Assembly (NCBI GenBank): GCA_963422365.1
Contig: OY729426.1
Location: forward strand, 2,112,001-2,176,000
Source: Nitrospirales bacterium
Lineage (GTDB): Bacteria; Nitrospirota; Nitrospiria; Nitrospirales; UBA8639
Direction of reading: 5' to 3'
Length of the DNA stretch: 64,000 bases
The stretch's first letter is position 1, and each line of letters starts with the position of its first letter. The position numbers were made by a program, and so were the translations under genes. The notes under the pieces were generated by a model. That model worked only from the letters and a program-made list of their open reading frames with translations. It did not search any database and had not been told where the DNA came from. Below, in pieces: positions 61,431 to 64,000 of this stretch.

Positions 61431-62950
61431 AGCAGCTTTTACCCATTCTGGGCATTTTGGGAGTCGGATTGGGGCTGGGAGGGCTCATCCTTGCCCAAAC
61501 CGATGCGAATCGGCCAAGCACGATCTTCCTGTTGGAAGGGGTCGCGTTACTTTGCCTCACGGTGTATTTCGCAGGCAACTGGACGCGACTCAAAACCTTT
61601 TCTAGCAGCCGATCGACCCGGCTCGGATTGAACAGCCTCCTGGCCATTCTTCTCATGACCGGCATTCTGACCATCATCAATTTTCTGGTCGTTCGGCACG
61701 GCGGCCGATGGGACCTGTCTGAAACGCAACACTTTTCATTAGCCCCACAAACCCTGCAAGTACTTGGGCAACTCAAGAAAAATGTCAGGATCATGGTGTT
61801 CTCTCATGAGCGAAGTCCGGGGTTTCGGACGTATCATGACTTGTTGGAAAGCTACGCGTATGTAAGCCCGCAAATTTCCGTGACCTATATAGATCCCGAA
61901 AAAGAGCCCGGCAAGGCTCACGAATATGAAATCTCCAAAATTGACACGGCCGTCTTTGAAAGCGGCGAGCAGACGATCCACGTTCCCAAACCCAGTGAAT
62001 CGAATCTGACGAGCGCGTTGATTCGCGTGACACAAGAGCAATCCAAACGCCTCGTCTTTTTAGAAGGACATGGTGAGCGGCAAATCACAGACCAAGAACG
62101 AGGAGGCTTATCGCTGGCCCGAAAAAATCTCGAAGCACAAGGCTACCAAGTGGCACGAGGCTCACTCCGGAAAGACCCCACCCTTCTCAATGACACCAGC
62201 GTCCTCATTATTCCTGGACCTCGTGAATCTGTTGAGCAAGAGGAATTGAGGCGCATCACGCGCTTTGTCGCTGAAGGAGGACGACTCCTGTTACTGCTTG
62301 ATCCGAAAATTTCAAGCGGTCTCGAAGCGTGGATCTCTCAATGGGGGCTGACTCTTGGCCCGGGAATTGTGGTCGATCCCGAAGATCGTGTTGCCCAAGG
62401 TAGCCCGACGGCCTTACTCGTCCGTCGATTTACCGACCATAAAATTACCAAAGAGTTTACCGCTCCCATTTTGCTACCCGTTTTGCAATCGGTATCGTTT
62501 GACGAAGCCTCAGGCACGAATCTGAATTTTACGTCTCTTTTACAATCCTCTGAACAAAGCTGGGCCGAAACAGACTTTGATCAGACCACTCCGGAATTTG
62601 AAAAAGATTCTGACAGGAAAGGCCCCTTGACTCTCGCCGGCGCATTGGGACGGAAAAGCATCCCGTCAGATTCAACGATTCAGCCCTCACTGGTCATCAT
62701 TGGAAATTCAGCGTTTGCCAGCAACACCTATTTGCAGTTTCCAGGGAATACTGATTTCTTGTTTAACGCCATCGCCTGGCTAGCGGATGAGGAAACGTTA
62801 ATTTCAGTCAGCCCCAAAGAATCTTCGTTTCCACCGTTTATTCCGAATCCCACACAAGAACAGATGCTGTTTGCCGTACAAGTTTTCTCGATTCCTTTCC
62901 TGATCCTCTTTTTAGGCATGACAGTTTGGCGACGTCGAAGCCGCCTCTAG
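61421..62950 (+). CDS. GldG-family ABC auxiliary component
   Basis: RWDLS..FSL, FLEGHGE, GNTDFLFNAIAWL, C-terminal TM followed by RRR. Confidence 0.92.
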   Translation: MAIKQLLPILGILGVGLGLGGLILAQTDANRPSTIFLLEGVALLCLTVYFAGNWTRLKTFSSSRSTRLGLNSLLAILLMTGILTIINFLVVRHGGRWDLSETQHFSLAPQTLQVLGQLKKNVRIMVFSHERSPGFRTYHDLLESYAYVSPQISVTYIDPEKEPGKAHEYEISKIDTAVFESGEQTIHVPKPSESNLTSALIRVTQEQSKRLVFLEGHGERQITDQERGGLSLARKNLEAQGYQVARGSLRKDPTLLNDTSVLIIPGPRESVEQEELRRITRFVAEGGRLLLLLDPKISSGLEAWISQWGLTLGPGIVVDPEDRVAQGSPTALLVRRFTDHKITKEFTAPILLPVLQSVSFDEASGTNLNFTSLLQSSEQSWAETDFDQTTPEFEKDSDRKGPLTLAGALGRKSIPSDSTIQPSLVIIGNSAFASNTYLQFPGNTDFLFNAIAWLADEETLISVSPKESSFPPFIPNPTQEQMLFAVQVFSIPFLILFLGMTVWRRRSRL

Positions 62951-62966
62951 CCGACTCGGTGCTTCC

Positions 62967-64000
62967 ATGACATCGTATCGAACCACGTTTCTCCTCGCAG
63001 CCATTTTTGTAGGGCTTGGTGTCTATGTCTCTACCATCGAAGTGCCCACGATGGGAAACAAAACCATTCAACAAACTGAGGAGCAACATCTTCTGCCTTT
63101 TGATTACCGGGATGTGACGCGCGTGGTGTACACCACGCGAACCGAGCGTATTCAGATGCGCCGTGACGAAAGGAATCGTTGGCGGATCGTTGAACCAATT
63201 AAGACCAGAGGTGATGCGCGTGAGATTGAAAATGTTCTTCGTGCCCTGGAAATCGGCAAAATCTCTCGTATCATTCAAGCCGAAGGGCAAAAGGAAGGGG
63301 CAACGGCTGAACAATACGGCCTGAAATCGCCTTATGTGACCATTGAGATTACAGCACGGAACTACACGGAATCATTAGCCCTAGGTGATAGGGGTCCCTT
63401 ATCGTCCACCTTGTATGCTCAACGAGGATCAGATGAAAAAATTTTGCTGACCACGCTCTTGATTGGAGATTTTCGGGCAAAAACCCTGGATACCTTTCGC
63501 CTGAAAGATATTCTCTTGTTTGACCGGACACGTGCCGAACGTATCCAACTGCAGACACCGAGCCAAAACATCACGCTCCAGCGTGGAACCGCTTTCCATG
63601 GCCCTGTTTCCAGGTGGAATTTCACGTCTCCGATGAATGCTCCAGCCGACAAAACCGCAGTCGGGATTCTGCTGATGACTCTCGAAGATTTAACGGCAAC
63701 AGGGTTTATTGATTCACAAGTCGAGAAAGAGGCCCTCCTGAAAAAACTCGGAACCCCGTCATGGACGGCGACCGTTCATACGAGGCGACAAGGCCATCAT
63801 GTTGCGTTCTTTGAACCGGTTGCCTCTGGTGAAGATGCTTACGCCGTCACCTCATCGAAGGATCCCATGTATCGGATATCGGCCCACGTTCTTCGCAAAT
63901 TGCCGAGTGACGTGTTTCACTTACAGGACAAACGCTTATTTGGCATGGAAGTTGGGGAGATTGCGCTCTTAACGGTCAAAGCCAATGACTCGCAGTACAC
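62967..64000 (+). CDS. DUF4340-like protein (truncated by the window end)
   Basis: Manual translation MTSYRTTFLLAAIFVGLGVYV.., WRIVEP, QYGL..P, FRLKDILLF; position fits the fourth gene of Gld-like operons. Confidence 0.8.
   Translation, partial: MTSYRTTFLLAAIFVGLGVYVSTIEVPTMGNKTIQQTEEQHLLPFDYRDVTRVVYTTRTERIQMRRDERNRWRIVEPIKTRGDAREIENVLRALEIGKISRIIQAEGQKEGATAEQYGLKSPYVTIEITARNYTESLALGDRGPLSSTLYAQRGSDEKILLTTLLIGDFRAKTLDTFRLKDILLFDRTRAERIQLQTPSQNITLQRGTAFHGPVSRWNFTSPMNAPADKTAVGILLMTLEDLTATGFIDSQVEKEALLKKLGTPSWTATVHTRRQGHHVAFFEPVASGEDAYAVTSSKDPMYRISAHVLRKLPSDVFHLQDKRLFGMEVGEIALLTVKANDSQY

Noticed and set aside
59666..64000. Gliding motility system
   Set aside because: GldA/F/G-like ABC operons are widespread in non-gliding bacteria, and no other gld/T9SS genes are present in the window.

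Overview
This is a bacterial chromosomal window of mostly housekeeping genes. The hypothetical-protein set suggests a Nitrospira-like (Nitrospirales) genome; that is inference from recognition, with no search run. Core genes: serS, rph-rdgB, recN, trxA/trxB, msrA, copC/copD, coaE, thiI, bioD, thiE, aroQ-efp-accB-accC, hemW, proC, acs and a Gld-like ABC transporter operon that runs off the right end. There are four tRNAs: Ser-TGA, Pro-TGG, Arg-TCT and Leu-TAA. No rRNA, CRISPR, integrase or transposase was found. Notable signals: (1) an AT-rich ~450 bp in-frame cassette inside a secreted protein; (2) integrase-free islets at the 3' ends of three tRNAs; (3) an inverted tRNA 3'-half copy after tRNA-Ser; (4) two co-located REP-like palindrome families; (5) a candidate rod-shaped ncRNA; (6) several decayed genes (SPFH, dipeptide epimerase, AlsT symporter); (7) enzymes with altered active-site residues (ClpS-like, dienelactone hydrolase, GlgA-like next to DUF4301); (8) small ORFs absent from the ORF track.
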